DNA of 59,837 nucleotides, filler included. It is 4 parts of 4 records of this genome, joined end to end, with 100 filler letters (N's around TTAATTAATTAA, not from the genome) between each part and the next. Parts side by side here need not be neighbours in the genome. Positions count along the whole stretch, not along the records: positions 1 to 5,169 come from SRR31156797_4157; positions 5,270 to 24,030 come from SRR31156797_4161; 2 more parts are not named here. One strand, given 5' to 3'. The notes beneath the pieces are model-generated. The model saw only the letters and a list, made by a program, of their open reading frames with translations. It searched no databases and was not told the DNA's origin. This document shows positions 1 through 10,023 of this stretch, in pieces. Position numbers and translations under genes: made by a program. Every line of letters begins with the position of its first letter. Positions within the stretch are counted from its first letter, which is position 1.

Positions 1-552
1 CATTTTGTAAAAGTTTAACTCTTTTAGGTCATAACTCTCTTCTTTTAGATATTTAAATAGTAGTTCAAATTTTTCATTTTCTATTGTTTTGATTTTTTCT
101 TTATATGTCATATACTTTTCACAAAGTAATGATATAAAGTTTATTATCTCTTCTGAAACTAATTTCTCAGAGTGCAAAGTTGTTTTTATAAGCTCTTCTA
201 AATACTCAAATAACATCTCATCTTTTATGAAATACTCTTTAAAAGTATAGTTACTTTTAGAGCAAATACTACTAGCAATACTTTCAAAAAACTCCTTTGG
301 AATGAAACAAGTTAAAAAGCTCCATTTTCCATCAACATTATAAGAGTTACAAGCATGAACAGTATTAGGTGGTACAATAAAAAGCATTTTCTCTTTTACT
401 TCGTTTTCTTTATTATCCATTGAAAACACTCCTTTGCCTTCTATACAAAGTCCAAGCATATAGTTATCTTCATGTATATGTTTAGCAAAGGAGTGTTTTT
501 TATTTATATGTTTAAAGATAAGTTTGTGTTCATTGAAAGCTATCTCTTTCAT
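1..552 (-). CDS. AraC-family regulator with N-terminal cupin ligand-binding domain (3' end truncated by window edge)
   Basis: Not in the ORF track; read manually from ATG at 552: MKEIAFNEHKLIFKHINKKHSFAKHIHEDNYMLGLCIEGKG...IVPPNTVHAC, which has AraC_binding cupin motifs; the frame runs to the window edge. Confidence 0.75.
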   Translation of the reverse strand, partial: MKEIAFNEHKLIFKHINKKHSFAKHIHEDNYMLGLCIEGKGVFSMDNKENEVKEKMLFIVPPNTVHACNSYNVDGKWSFLTCFIPKEFFESIASSICSKSNYTFKEYFIKDEMLFEYLEELIKTTLHSEKLVSEEIINFISLLCEKYMTYKEKIKTIENEKFELLFKYLKEESYDLKELNFYKM

Positions 553-566
553 AATAGAGTGTTTTG

Positions 567-1172
567 TCATTTTTTACTCTTTAGTGATTTTCTTATTCTA
601 CTAAGATGAGTAGGTGAGATACCTAAGTATGAAGCAATATGGTGTTGAGATAGTCTTGATAAGATATGCTCAAACTCTTTTAAAAATCTTTCATATCTAA
701 CTTGGGCATCTTCTAAAACTAGTGCATAAGTGTTATGGTCTTTTTGTAGTATCCAATGTTTTTCTAAATATAAAATATGATACATCTTCAAGTCTTCATA
801 TTTTGCTAAAAGCTCTCTATATTTTGTATGGTTTATATCTACAATAATAGAGTCTTCTATTGCTTGAACTGATGAGGTATTTTGAGTATTTGAAAGTAAT
901 GCAACCATAGGACCATAAAATCTAGTCTCCCAAAAGAAGTTTTTTGTGTACTCTTCTCCATGTTCATTTGTAGAGAAGGTTCTAAATAATCCTTTATAAA
1001 CAAAAGAGATAGCATCAACTTTATCATATAGTTCAAAGGCATAGTCATTTTTTTTAATCTCTTTTATAGTGCATATATCTTTAAAGTCATTCCATGTAGT
1101 TTCAGAAATCTTAGTATAAGAATCCATAGTATTTTTCAATGAAGCAAAAATTTCACTTTTATCTATATTCAT
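567..1172 (-). CDS. Crp/Fnr-family transcriptional regulator
   Basis: cNMP-binding-like N-terminus; C-terminal HTH 'SQHHIASYLGISPTHLSRIRK'. Confidence 0.9.
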   Translation of the reverse strand: MNIDKSEIFASLKNTMDSYTKISETTWNDFKDICTIKEIKKNDYAFELYDKVDAISFVYKGLFRTFSTNEHGEEYTKNFFWETRFYGPMVALLSNTQNTSSVQAIEDSIIVDINHTKYRELLAKYEDLKMYHILYLEKHWILQKDHNTYALVLEDAQVRYERFLKEFEHILSRLSQHHIASYLGISPTHLSRIRKSLKSKK

Positions 1173-1282
1173 AATATCTCATATATTTTTTGCAAAGAAT
1201 AGTATATATTTATTAAAAAATCAACATATGTAAATGACAAAAAGAAATTATTTTAATAATCTTCTACAAAAAAAGGAAGAAT

Positions 1283-2167
1283 ATGTCAAAAGAGTTAAAC
1301 TCTCATCTTATTATTTTATTTGCTACATTTTTAGTAGCTGGTTCATTTATCGTTTCTCAAAAGTTATCTGGAATAATTGACCCTATCTCAATTACACTTC
1401 TTAGATTTGTGATTGCATCTGTTATTTTGGCTCCAATTGTTTTATTAAATAAAGAGTTTAGAAGACTAATAACTTTTACTTTTAAAAGAGCTATGATTAT
1501 TAGCTTTTTTTACTCTTTATACTTTATTGGACTATTTAAATCTTTAGAGTATACAACAGCACTTAACACTGGAACACTATTTACACTTGTACCTTTACTT
1601 ACAGCTATAGTCTCTATTTTTGTATTTAAACAAAAAATTCCCTCAAAGCAGTACTTAGTTTACTTTTTAGGGATACTTGGAACTTGTATTGTAGTGTTTA
1701 AAGGTAGTTTACAGATGTTTTTATCTCTAGCTTTAAATCAAGGGGATATTTTGTTTATTGCTTCTATTGTATGTATGGCTTTATACTCAGTATGTGCAAA
1801 GTATTTTCATAAAGAAGATGATAAGTTAGTGGTATTAGTATTTCTAACTCTTGTGGGAGGAAGTATTTGGATGAGTATTGCTTTAATAGCTTTTGATATT
1901 CCTTTAGAGTGGAATAAGATAAATAGCTCGCAGTTTTTATCAATGGCTTATTTAAGTATAGCTGCTACTTTAGTAACTTCATATCTTTATCAAAAAGGAA
2001 CTATTCATTTAGGTCCTAAGAAAGTAATGTCTTATGTGTATTTAAACCCAGCAGCTATTGCAATACTTTTATTGGTATTTGAATTTAGGTTTATAAATAT
2101 TTGGATGATACTTGGAATTATGATTTCATCTTTTGCTACTTTTATTTTATTAAGAAGTAGAAGCTAA
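1283..2167 (+). CDS. DMT/EamA family transporter
   Basis: About 10 hydrophobic helices in two EamA-like halves; 'SLEYTTALNTGTLFTLVP'. Confidence 0.9.
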   Translation: MSKELNSHLIILFATFLVAGSFIVSQKLSGIIDPISITLLRFVIASVILAPIVLLNKEFRRLITFTFKRAMIISFFYSLYFIGLFKSLEYTTALNTGTLFTLVPLLTAIVSIFVFKQKIPSKQYLVYFLGILGTCIVVFKGSLQMFLSLALNQGDILFIASIVCMALYSVCAKYFHKEDDKLVVLVFLTLVGGSIWMSIALIAFDIPLEWNKINSSQFLSMAYLSIAATLVTSYLYQKGTIHLGPKKVMSYVYLNPAAIAILLLVFEFRFINIWMILGIMISSFATFILLRSRS

Positions 2168-2181
2168 AAGTATAGAGGAGA

Positions 2182-2970
2182 TTATAAAATCTCTTCTATA
2201 AAGTATCTACTATTTTTTTCATTAACATGAATTTCTGTATCAAAGATAGAAGATAAGTTCTCACTTGTAAGTAACTCTTCTTTTTTGCCTTGTTTGTAGA
2301 TTGTATTATTATGAATTAGTGCAATATTATCTATCTCTTCAAAAATCTCTTCTAAATGGTGAGTTACTAAGATAATACTTGCTTCTTTAGAAAGCTTTTT
2401 AAGCATTTTTATAAAGTTTATTTGTGCTTTTATATCTAAGCCAACTGTTGGTTCATCAAGAATAAATGCTTTTGGACTATGAATTAAGGCTCGTGCTACA
2501 ATACACTTTCTAAGTTCTCCTGTTGACATTTCATTTACTTTTTTATCTTTTAAATGTTCTATCTCAAGAAAGTTCATAACTTCTTTTGCTTTATTTAATT
2601 GTTCTTGTGAGAAGTCTTGGAAAGTATAAACTCCTATAGAACTATAATGCCCACTTAGTACAACTTTATATCCTGTAAGAAAACTTCCTTCTCTTGCAAA
2701 GTAGTTATGTAAATCATTTGTGATAATACCTAGACTTTTTCTTAATTCAAAAACAGAATAAGTAGACTTCCCTAAAATCTCTTTTTTAAACTTTGAAGTT
2801 CTTCTTGGATGAATTTCAGATTGTATAAGTTTCATAAGAGTAGATTTACCTGAACCATTTGCACCTAAAATAGCCCAGTGCTCTTTTTCTTTTATTTTTA
2901 AAGTGATATCTTTTAGTACAATCTTCTCATCATAGCCTACATTAATATTTTCAAAATCTATAATATTCAT
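2182..2970 (-). CDS. ABC transporter ATP-binding protein (ModF-like)
   Basis: Walker A GANGSGKS, signature MSTGE, Walker B ILDEP, H-loop VTHH. Confidence 0.9.
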   Translation of the reverse strand: MNIIDFENINVGYDEKIVLKDITLKIKEKEHWAILGANGSGKSTLMKLIQSEIHPRRTSKFKKEILGKSTYSVFELRKSLGIITNDLHNYFAREGSFLTGYKVVLSGHYSSIGVYTFQDFSQEQLNKAKEVMNFLEIEHLKDKKVNEMSTGELRKCIVARALIHSPKAFILDEPTVGLDIKAQINFIKMLKKLSKEASIILVTHHLEEIFEEIDNIALIHNNTIYKQGKKEELLTSENLSSIFDTEIHVNEKNSRYFIEEIL

Positions 2971-2982
2971 GAAAAGATCCTT

Positions 2983-4362
2983 TTACTTAGTTTTTTTAAT
3001 AGCCTTAAACCATTGTTTTGCAAATGATTCTACAGCAATTGAAATCTCATCTTCTTTAAAGCAACCAAATCCTAGGTATAAAGTATTGTCATTTAGGTTT
3101 GTATCACAAGTAGTTGAATATATTTTAATAGAGTTTTCTTCCAAAAATATATCTAACTTCTCCCAATCAATTTCTACTTTTGCTTTTATTAAGATAGCTA
3201 AACCACTTCCTTCTCTTATAATCTCAACACTATTTTTTAAATACTCTTTTATAGCCTTTTTCATAAGGTCATGTTTTTTCTTATTTAGAGTTCTCATTTT
3301 TCTTATATGTTTATCCCAGTAACCTTCTTTTATAAATAGTTCTAAACTCTTTTGCATATCTAAAGGAACACCAGAAAAAGAGAAATGAAAAATATCTTTA
3401 TAAATAGCTACTAGCTTTTTAGGTAAAACTATATAACTTACTCTAATAGCAGGGGATAAAGCTTTAGAAAATGTCCCAGAGTAAATAACTCTTTGGTTGT
3501 CATTTATTCCTTGTAAAGAGGGGATTGGTCTATTGTTATAACTTAACTCACTATCATAGTCATCTTCTATAATATAACTATCATTTTCAGAAGCCCAGTT
3601 AATAAGCTCAAATCTATTTGAAATAGGAATAGTTTTACCTGTTGGGTATTGATGAGAAGGAGTTACATAAAGAAGTTTATCTTTACTTTTTTTAAGTGTC
3701 TCTATATCTATACCATTTTTTAAAATAGGAATATTTTTAATCTCATAGTTCTGTAAAGAGAAAACTTCTTGAACAACTTTATACCCTGGATACTCAATAG
3801 CAATAGAAGAAGTAAATTTTTTAAGTATATTAGAAATAATAAACATAGAGTCAGAAAAACCACTACAAATAACAATTTGTTCTTCATCACATATTACAGC
3901 TCTTGATTTTGCAAGATAAGAGGCAAGCTCCTTTCTAAGACCTAAGTCTCCTTGTTTATTTGGGTAAGAACCAAAGTTTATAGAAGACAAAGCCTTATTA
4001 TATATTTTTGACCAGAGCTTTTTAGGAAAGATATCTTCACTATGTCTTGCTTGATAAAAGTTATACTTGTATTGTTTCTCTTTTTCTTTAGTACCTTTTA
4101 TCTCAGTAGTACTAGTAAAGTTTTGAACTATATCTTTACTAACAAAATAACCACTTTGAGGATGACTTTCTATATAACCTTCTGCATACAACTGATTATA
4201 AGAAGACTCAACTGTTGTTTTACTGATTTTATAATCACTTGACATCTTTCGTATAGAAGGAAGTTTAGTATTGGCTTTTAGTGTGTTATTTACAATATCT
4301 TCTTTTATTTGTGTATATAGTTGTATATATAAAGGCAAAGCTGACTTTTCTAGTTTATACAT
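2983..4362 (-). CDS. MocR/GabR family PLP-dependent GntR regulator
   Basis: GntR wHTH (KLPSIR...AEGYIES) plus aminotransferase domain (YVTPSHQYPTG, IIEDDYDSE, GTFSK); start moved to the ATG at 4362 (MYKLEK). Confidence 0.92.
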   Translation of the reverse strand: MYKLEKSALPLYIQLYTQIKEDIVNNTLKANTKLPSIRKMSSDYKISKTTVESSYNQLYAEGYIESHPQSGYFVSKDIVQNFTSTTEIKGTKEKEKQYKYNFYQARHSEDIFPKKLWSKIYNKALSSINFGSYPNKQGDLGLRKELASYLAKSRAVICDEEQIVICSGFSDSMFIISNILKKFTSSIAIEYPGYKVVQEVFSLQNYEIKNIPILKNGIDIETLKKSKDKLLYVTPSHQYPTGKTIPISNRFELINWASENDSYIIEDDYDSELSYNNRPIPSLQGINDNQRVIYSGTFSKALSPAIRVSYIVLPKKLVAIYKDIFHFSFSGVPLDMQKSLELFIKEGYWDKHIRKMRTLNKKKHDLMKKAIKEYLKNSVEIIREGSGLAILIKAKVEIDWEKLDIFLEENSIKIYSTTCDTNLNDNTLYLGFGCFKEDEISIAVESFAKQWFKAIKKTK

Positions 4363-4455
4363 AACTGACCTTGTCAAAAAATATAATTTTGTATCTTTTA
4401 AAAAGTACAATTTGTTGATATTATACTTTTGAAAAACTTATTAAAGGATTATTAG

Positions 4456-5154
4456 ATGCAAAATAGTGCAGAAGTACTTTTTGTAAAAGTAGGTAAGGTA
4501 ACTACATCAAAGCTAGAAAACCAAAAAAGAAAAGAGCTAGTATCAGCAATTAAGAAGTATCCAGTAGAAAAAGCATATTTAACAAAAACAGGTTTCTTAG
4601 AAGATGAACAAGCAGACTTAAAACATCATGGTGGAGAGAATAAAGCTCTGTTTTTATTTGCAAGTTCTACTTATGAAAAGATAAATAAACAGTGTAATAC
4701 AAACTATAAGATAGATGAGGTATCTCATTTTGGTGAAAATATAGTTTTATCAAATATAAGTGAAGAAGAGATTTGCATAGGTGATGTTTATAAAATAGGT
4801 GAGAGTATTATACAAATAACACAACCTAGACAACCTTGTTGGAAATTAAGTGCAAACACAAATAAAAAAGAGATGACAAAATTCATTTTCAATAGTGGTT
4901 TAACAGGATGGTATGCAAAGGTTATAAAAGAGGGTGTAATAACTAAGCATGATAAGTTTGAGTTTAAACAAAGAGTAGAAGAGAGCTTAACTATTAGTGT
5001 GCTAAATAAACTTATTGTAAATCCAAGTATAGATATAGATTTAGCAAAAAAAGCAGTTGAGTCTAAATATCTAGGAAAAGCTTTCCAAAACTCATTAAAT
5101 AAAAGACTTCAAGCAAAAGAAAAAGATAAGCAGTTTGAAGTTTATCATAGTTAA
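4456..5154 (+). CDS. MOSC domain protein (YiiM-like)
   Basis: DEQADLKHHGG, FGENI, ITQPRQPCWKL, GLTGWY motifs; divergent from the MocR regulator. Confidence 0.9.
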   Translation: MQNSAEVLFVKVGKVTTSKLENQKRKELVSAIKKYPVEKAYLTKTGFLEDEQADLKHHGGENKALFLFASSTYEKINKQCNTNYKIDEVSHFGENIVLSNISEEEICIGDVYKIGESIIQITQPRQPCWKLSANTNKKEMTKFIFNSGLTGWYAKVIKEGVITKHDKFEFKQRVEESLTISVLNKLIVNPSIDIDLAKKAVESKYLGKAFQNSLNKRLQAKEKDKQFEVYHS

Positions 5155-5169
5155 GGTTTAAAGATGAGT

Positions 5170-5269
5170 NNNNNNNNNNNNNNNNNNNNNNNNNNNNNNN
5201 NNNNNNNNNNNNNTTAATTAATTAANNNNNNNNNNNNNNNNNNNNNNNNNNNNNNNNNNNNNNNNNNNN
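5170..5269. other. Artificial contig linker
   Basis: N-run + TTAATTAATTAA (stops in all six frames) + N-run, 100 bp; base composition changes across it. Confidence 0.98.
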
Positions 5270-5298
5270 CGCGAGTTCGAGTCTCGTCGGCTCCGCCA
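5270..5298 (+). tRNA. 3' end of tRNA-Asp (att core, left end)
   Basis: CGCGAGTTCGAGTCTCGTCGGCTCCGCCA = T-arm with GTTCGA, acceptor strand and CCA; Asp identity comes from the overlapping fragment at 24001-24030. Confidence 0.85.
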
Positions 5299-5308
5299 TA
5301 AGAAAATC

Positions 5309-5341
5309 AAGGACTTACATGTAAAATGTGAGTCCTTTTTT
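5309..5341 (+). terminator. Rho-independent terminator supplied by the element downstream of the tRNA
   Basis: AAGGACTTACAT-GTAAA-ATGTGAGTCCTT hairpin followed by a T-run. Confidence 0.75.
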
Positions 5342-5357
5342 CTATTGACCCTCAAGC

Positions 5358-5380
5358 GTCCCCCACACTATACCCCACAA
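5358..5380. repeat. Pair of CCCCAC repeats; probable integrase arm-type sites (left arm)
   Basis: GTCCCCCACAC and TACCCCACAA; the same motif recurs at 23806-23886. Confidence 0.6.
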
Positions 5381-5480
5381 AGAAGCCCGTTTTTTCGGTC
5401 CTGAACCGCAGGCAAATTCCAGCAGAATTTTGAATCAGTCCCGGCACGCAGCCTGAAGAGGGCCTGCATATACCCCTCAG

Positions 5481-5520
5481 AAATAAGCACCCCCCACCTT
5501 TTTGAAGGGGGGGGGGATGC
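5481..5520 (-). terminator. Probable terminator downstream of the primase-helicase gene
   Basis: GCACCCCCCACCTT-TTTG-AAGGGGGGGGGGATGC GC-rich hairpin followed by TTATTT on the minus strand. Confidence 0.45.
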
Positions 5521-5572
5521 CGTTCTTACCCTACTTCACTTCTCGCACAATTTTTCGTACAAAAGCATAGGC

Positions 5573-5690
5573 AGGGGGACTTGGGGAACTTAGGGGGCAT
5601 TTTTTTAAAAAGTAATTCTAATTGGCAGATTAAATTACTAACATTTCATATCCTTTGAATATGTCCCTCAACTCCCTTTAGTCCCCCCCC
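5573..5690. other. Candidate replication origin: inverted 9-bp iteron triplets around an AT-rich core
   Basis: Left (+) AGGGGGACT TGGGGAACT TAGGGGGCA; right (-) GGGGGGACT AAAGGGAGT TGAGGGACA; central AGTAATT...AATTACT inverted repeat; overlaps the 3' end of the rep gene. Confidence 0.6.
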
Positions 5691-8394
5691 CTTTCCTGAT
5701 GACGCGCCAGACACCAGAGTTGCCCCGCTTTCGCTGTTCGCGAAGAATCTTCATTCCATCGCAGAAACGCCCCTGAACCCTCCTAAGCCATGTTCCAACC
5801 CGCTGAGGGTTAACAGTTCCACCATCTGCAAAATATTCATCTAAAAGACCCTGCAAAGGCTTTACTTTCATTTCGTCTGATTTAAGCACCTCAGACACAG
5901 AGACGGGCTTATCACCAAAAGCATCGAACCATGCAGACAAAACAGCTCTAAGCTGTATTAGCTCTGGATCATCTTCATATGCTCTCTCTATGCAGAGGAT
6001 AGGGTCAACCAGTGCAGGCCCATCGCAGTCAGAAAAAAAGTCCTTAATAGCCTCCTGCTCTGCAAGCCAGCAGACAGCAAGTCGTGCAGAATTAGACCAG
6101 TCTTTAAAGCTGGCAATCCCTCTATTCAACCGCAGCCCACTATGCATCGCAACACGAACGATGCACAGCGCAGCGTTAATCATCTGAAGCCTGTTGTCTC
6201 GGCAATATTCATCAGGCTCTAAATCGAATTCACGAGCCCATGGCTGTTCTGTGTCGGGACTAATTCGAATCTTAAAAATCCTTCGATTCAAATCGCCTGC
6301 AATATCCACGTTGTTTCCGGTCAGAACACAAAGACTATTCGTAGGAACATCAATTATCTTTCTCCCATACTTCGGACGACCAGAGAAAGTAGGGTTGGTA
6401 ATCCAGGCGCACAACTCGTTGCTCTTCCCCAGACGATCAATATTATCTACAATTATAGCTTTCCCGCCTTCGCGCCCAAACAGAAGCAATTCTTGGCGTA
6501 ACTCATTAGAATCAAGACTCAGCACAGAAGGCTTATCAAGACCACTTAGAATCCCCAAGCAGATCGCGAGAAGCGTCTTACCACTCCCGGCTGAATGTGA
6601 GTCCATAAAAAAAGCAGGGGCGGTAGGCAAAAGAGGCCTGAGGACTGCGGTAAAAACGGCTGCAAGCAACGCGCTTCTGTCATACGCTGTTTCGTATGGA
6701 AAATCCTTAAAGGGTTCCCATATTACAGAGAGCCCCCTCCTAAGAGCTCCTGCTGGCAGACTCTGCGGGTACTCCATATTTTCACAGGAATCATCTGTGA
6801 GAAAAACGCCTGTTTCAGCATCAAAGCCTTTGGCCTGTACAATTCTTTTCGATTTAGTTGAAAGCGCAGGCGCACCAATAACGCATCTTAACTCTGGAAA
6901 CTTTTTGTAAAAATCTCCTCCAACAATTCTTTCAGCTATTTGTGGAGGGACATTACATGGAACGTACTTTCCTTTAGCCCCGGACCGTTTCCAAGCGATA
7001 ATCTCATCAAGCAGATTTTGTAACCTGCACTGATCAAATGGAACAATCTCATCACCATCAACATAAACAAGCTCTCCTCCACGCTGAAAAACTGTTCCTA
7101 AATCCATCAGGATAGAAACCACTTCTCGTAAGTTCTCAGAGATATAGGCAGGAATTTCTCGAACAGTAGTCCTTTCTTCCAAAGAATAGACCACACCACC
7201 ACCTGCAAAAGAATGCAGCCGGATGGGCCTTTTATCACTGTATAGACATGCAACCCTGCAATCCGCCCCATCATCAGAATCAAACGGGTCATAAAAACGG
7301 CGTTCATGCCATTGCTTTGGATCGGACAATATCTCAGCTACTAAAATATCCTCTCCCTCCTCTGTTCGTAGAATAAAATCCTTACCAAGCTTCAATGTTT
7401 GAGCAGCGCAAAGAAATCCCCGCCTGATCTCTTCCCACCTTGCTTCTGTTTGCTCATCATCAGAAAGCAGACTGAAACGTTTTGCAGTCATTTTCTCTGC
7501 CCAATTGGCTCTCATCCGCTGAGCTTCGGCCTCAAGTGGAATTTTTGCTTCTCTGACCAGACTGTCATATTCCAGCACCTCATCCTTGTTTAAATCATGG
7601 ATATACTTTTGAGTATCAAAGGGTTCAGCATCCGGGTTGATCAGGATAGGCTTCTCTGGTCTTTGTTCAAGAGGATTAATACATACAGCTCCAGCGACAA
7701 GGTCCAAACGTTCCGGCTGAAAGACAGCAGCATCAATTAAGCCACGAACTAACAGAGTCCCTGCTTTACTTATTTTTATCCACCCTTCACCATTAAGCCA
7801 GCACCGCTGAAAAAAGGCGTTGCCAGCTCTAGGTATATCCAGTCCACTGGCAACAAGAACTAACACCCGCCAGCCTGTGCATCCGGTAAGCTGCTCTCCT
7901 GTTGCTTTGTTGTAAATAAAGCTGGAAGAACTTGGAAACACCACCATGGGGGCTTTCTTCAGGGCAGGATTTATTTCATAGAGTTTTTCAAGCAACTCTT
8001 CCGAGCAAAGGCCAGCACCACTAGGAAGATCGACATCAAGCATCCAGACAGCATTTCTTGAACGATACCTGAAATGAGCCCGGTCACGGGCAACAATGTC
8101 TTTCTTCTTACCCTCTTCAGCTTTCAGAGCCTTCTGAGTTACAACGTCAGCTTCGTCATAACGACACACACCATAGCAGAAAGCTTGAGTGTTCTGCATC
8201 TGCCCCAAGAGTTCTACAAGTTCACGGGGACCATGGACGAGTCTTTTTTGGACACGTCCATTAGTCATATGCCCCAGAAAATTTTTATGCAGCTTACCCT
8301 CAGGGGTGATAGAAAGCTCTTTTCCCAGTGGTCTATCAGAGGTGATTAAAGACAGAACAAATGAACTATCGATGGGTTTAGAATCACTATGCAT
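5668..8394 (-). CDS. Primase-helicase replication protein (AEP-like N-terminus, SF3-like P-loop C-terminus)
   Basis: N-terminal 'WMLDVD' DxD motif; C-terminal Walker A AGSGKT, Walker B IIVDN, motif C LTGNN; start moved to ATG 8394, which follows a purine-rich RBS and overlaps the upstream gene's end. Confidence 0.7.
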   Translation of the reverse strand: MHSDSKPIDSSFVLSLITSDRPLGKELSITPEGKLHKNFLGHMTNGRVQKRLVHGPRELVELLGQMQNTQAFCYGVCRYDEADVVTQKALKAEEGKKKDIVARDRAHFRYRSRNAVWMLDVDLPSGAGLCSEELLEKLYEINPALKKAPMVVFPSSSSFIYNKATGEQLTGCTGWRVLVLVASGLDIPRAGNAFFQRCWLNGEGWIKISKAGTLLVRGLIDAAVFQPERLDLVAGAVCINPLEQRPEKPILINPDAEPFDTQKYIHDLNKDEVLEYDSLVREAKIPLEAEAQRMRANWAEKMTAKRFSLLSDDEQTEARWEEIRRGFLCAAQTLKLGKDFILRTEEGEDILVAEILSDPKQWHERRFYDPFDSDDGADCRVACLYSDKRPIRLHSFAGGGVVYSLEERTTVREIPAYISENLREVVSILMDLGTVFQRGGELVYVDGDEIVPFDQCRLQNLLDEIIAWKRSGAKGKYVPCNVPPQIAERIVGGDFYKKFPELRCVIGAPALSTKSKRIVQAKGFDAETGVFLTDDSCENMEYPQSLPAGALRRGLSVIWEPFKDFPYETAYDRSALLAAVFTAVLRPLLPTAPAFFMDSHSAGSGKTLLAICLGILSGLDKPSVLSLDSNELRQELLLFGREGGKAIIVDNIDRLGKSNELCAWITNPTFSGRPKYGRKIIDVPTNSLCVLTGNNVDIAGDLNRRIFKIRISPDTEQPWAREFDLEPDEYCRDNRLQMINAALCIVRVAMHSGLRLNRGIASFKDWSNSARLAVCWLAEQEAIKDFFSDCDGPALVDPILCIERAYEDDPELIQLRAVLSAWFDAFGDKPVSVSEVLKSDEMKVKPLQGLLDEYFADGGTVNPQRVGTWLRRVQGRFCDGMKILREQRKRGNSGVWRVIRKGGGTKGS

Positions 8395-8590
8395 CGTTCC
8401 GCCCCCTTCTTTCAGGGTCGATACGGCAGGCTTCAATATATGCGTCTAAGTCTTCGCGGCGATACCGGACGGCACCACCTAATTTCAGGTAGGCAGGAGG
8501 AAGGCATTTAAACCTTCTCATTTGAAGGGTCTTCGGTGAAAGGCCAAGATATTTGGCGGCCTGAATTTCATTCAGAACATTAGTAGACAT
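8387..8590 (-). CDS. AlpA/excisionase-like HTH protein
   Basis: 67 aa 'LNEIQAAKYLGLSPKTLQ...PAYLKLGGAVRYRREDLDAYI', a typical HTH_17/AlpA pattern, directly upstream of rep. Confidence 0.88.
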   Translation of the reverse strand: MSTNVLNEIQAAKYLGLSPKTLQMRRFKCLPPAYLKLGGAVRYRREDLDAYIEACRIDPERRGRNDA

Positions 8591-8764
8591 GATTTATCTC
8601 CAATAATTTATTTAACCGCACAGAATGCTGCGGCGAAGCTAAATCATGGCATGCCTGCAGGTACAAAAATCTAGTACCAAAATCATTTATTTTACTCTCA
8701 ATTACAGGAGCTTAGTTCCGGTACCAGTACAAGACAGGTACTGAGCTCTACTATTTTTACCTAC

Positions 8765-9610
8765 TCATTTCTGGTTTTTATTCTTTTTCTCGCATTGCTT
8801 TAGTTCAATTCCATGCTTTTTTAAAAGTCTATATCCTTCCTCACGCCAGTCAGCCATTAGGCTATGCTTTATTTTTCCTTTTTGTCGAACCGCGCATATT
8901 TTTCCCATATCCTGCCTGTCTGCTCTTTCTTCTACCTCATTTAAAATCTCCTTATTGGGCATGCACTTACTCCACTGGGCTGCGACTAGAATATTTCTTC
9001 GCTCGTTACCCTTCAGCGGTCTCCCATTTATTTCCCCTTCATCAACAATCCCCAAACACAGGGTTATATTCTTATCTTGATCCGAATTTGTATCCACGCC
9101 TTTGATTTCATCCCTTACAAGCTCAGAGACCTCATCGACCTTAAACGCCCAAGTGTGGATTGGCTGCTTCTCATTAAAATCAACCGCAACGGCATTCTTT
9201 GGAATCCTGCGTGTTACATATTTCATCAAAGGATTCAAAATCCTTTTGGAATATACCCCCTCAAATTCATTAAGAAAATAAAAAAACTCCTCTCTATACG
9301 TAGATTTCGTATATTGCTGGGAGGATGCTGTGCGCTGCATGAATGTGTCAAAAATTAATTTTAACGCTCTGTAGTCAAGATCTTCAAGTTGATCCCTATC
9401 TTTGTCCCAGTACAAATTTAACCAAGTCGTGGCCTGCCCTTCGTTTTCAAAATAAAAAACACGCTCACAACTATTCAGATCGACAATAGGAATTCGGTTT
9501 AAGCCAAAGTAAGCTGGCAGTCCTTCCCGGACCAATTCACCAAGGTGCACTTCATCCCAGTTGTATAACTCCATAAGCTTTTTGCCAGAAACATATTCAC
9601 CAGCCATCAC
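8765..9610 (-). CDS. Hypothetical element protein
   Basis: 281-aa ORF co-oriented with xis and rep; no recognised motif. Confidence 0.65.
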   Translation of the reverse strand: MMAGEYVSGKKLMELYNWDEVHLGELVREGLPAYFGLNRIPIVDLNSCERVFYFENEGQATTWLNLYWDKDRDQLEDLDYRALKLIFDTFMQRTASSQQYTKSTYREEFFYFLNEFEGVYSKRILNPLMKYVTRRIPKNAVAVDFNEKQPIHTWAFKVDEVSELVRDEIKGVDTNSDQDKNITLCLGIVDEGEINGRPLKGNERRNILVAAQWSKCMPNKEILNEVEERADRQDMGKICAVRQKGKIKHSLMADWREEGYRLLKKHGIELKQCEKKNKNQK

Positions 9611-10023
9611 GCCCCCACAAATTTCAAATAATTCTAAAAAGTATGACTTTTGTTAACTTGGCAGAATCTACCGAAATATTATGGGATTATCTATCCCGAA
9701 AACTTCAAGGAATTAAAAAATCAAAAGAATCAACGTCGACAAAGTGTAATATACAATAGGGACGTTAAATTTATAAAGACAGGAGAAGAGGTATTACCAC
9801 TCATAAGCAGGCGGTCAATTTACAACTGATCTGCTCATACTTAATAAAGGTAGAAACCAAGAGATACTCTACAGCATAAGACTGGTGTTTCGTTCTGTTT
9901 TTTTAAAAAAAATTGCTAAGCAGAAAAAAAGAACAAGCATAACTCTTGTCCCTCTTTATAATAGAAGCCCAACAATAGAGTAAGAACACCTATGAACCAT
10001 GTCGTTGCTAACAAAATTATGAT

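Noticed and set aside
1-5169. Regulator-rich cluster (AraC, Crp, MocR) as a novel system
   Set aside because: Crp-DMT and MocR-MOSC divergent pairs are common arrangements; nothing unusual was seen.
5170-5269. TTAATTAATTAA palindrome within N-runs (also 24031-24130 and 51992-52091)
   Set aside because: Identical 100-bp artificial spacer. Gene neighbourhoods across these junctions are meaningless; for example, the tRNA-Leu fragment at 24131 is not the island's target.
6194-6910. 238-aa plus-strand ORF
   Set aside because: Antisense shadow of the primase-helicase gene with no motifs. The same applies to the other short antisense ORFs in the track.
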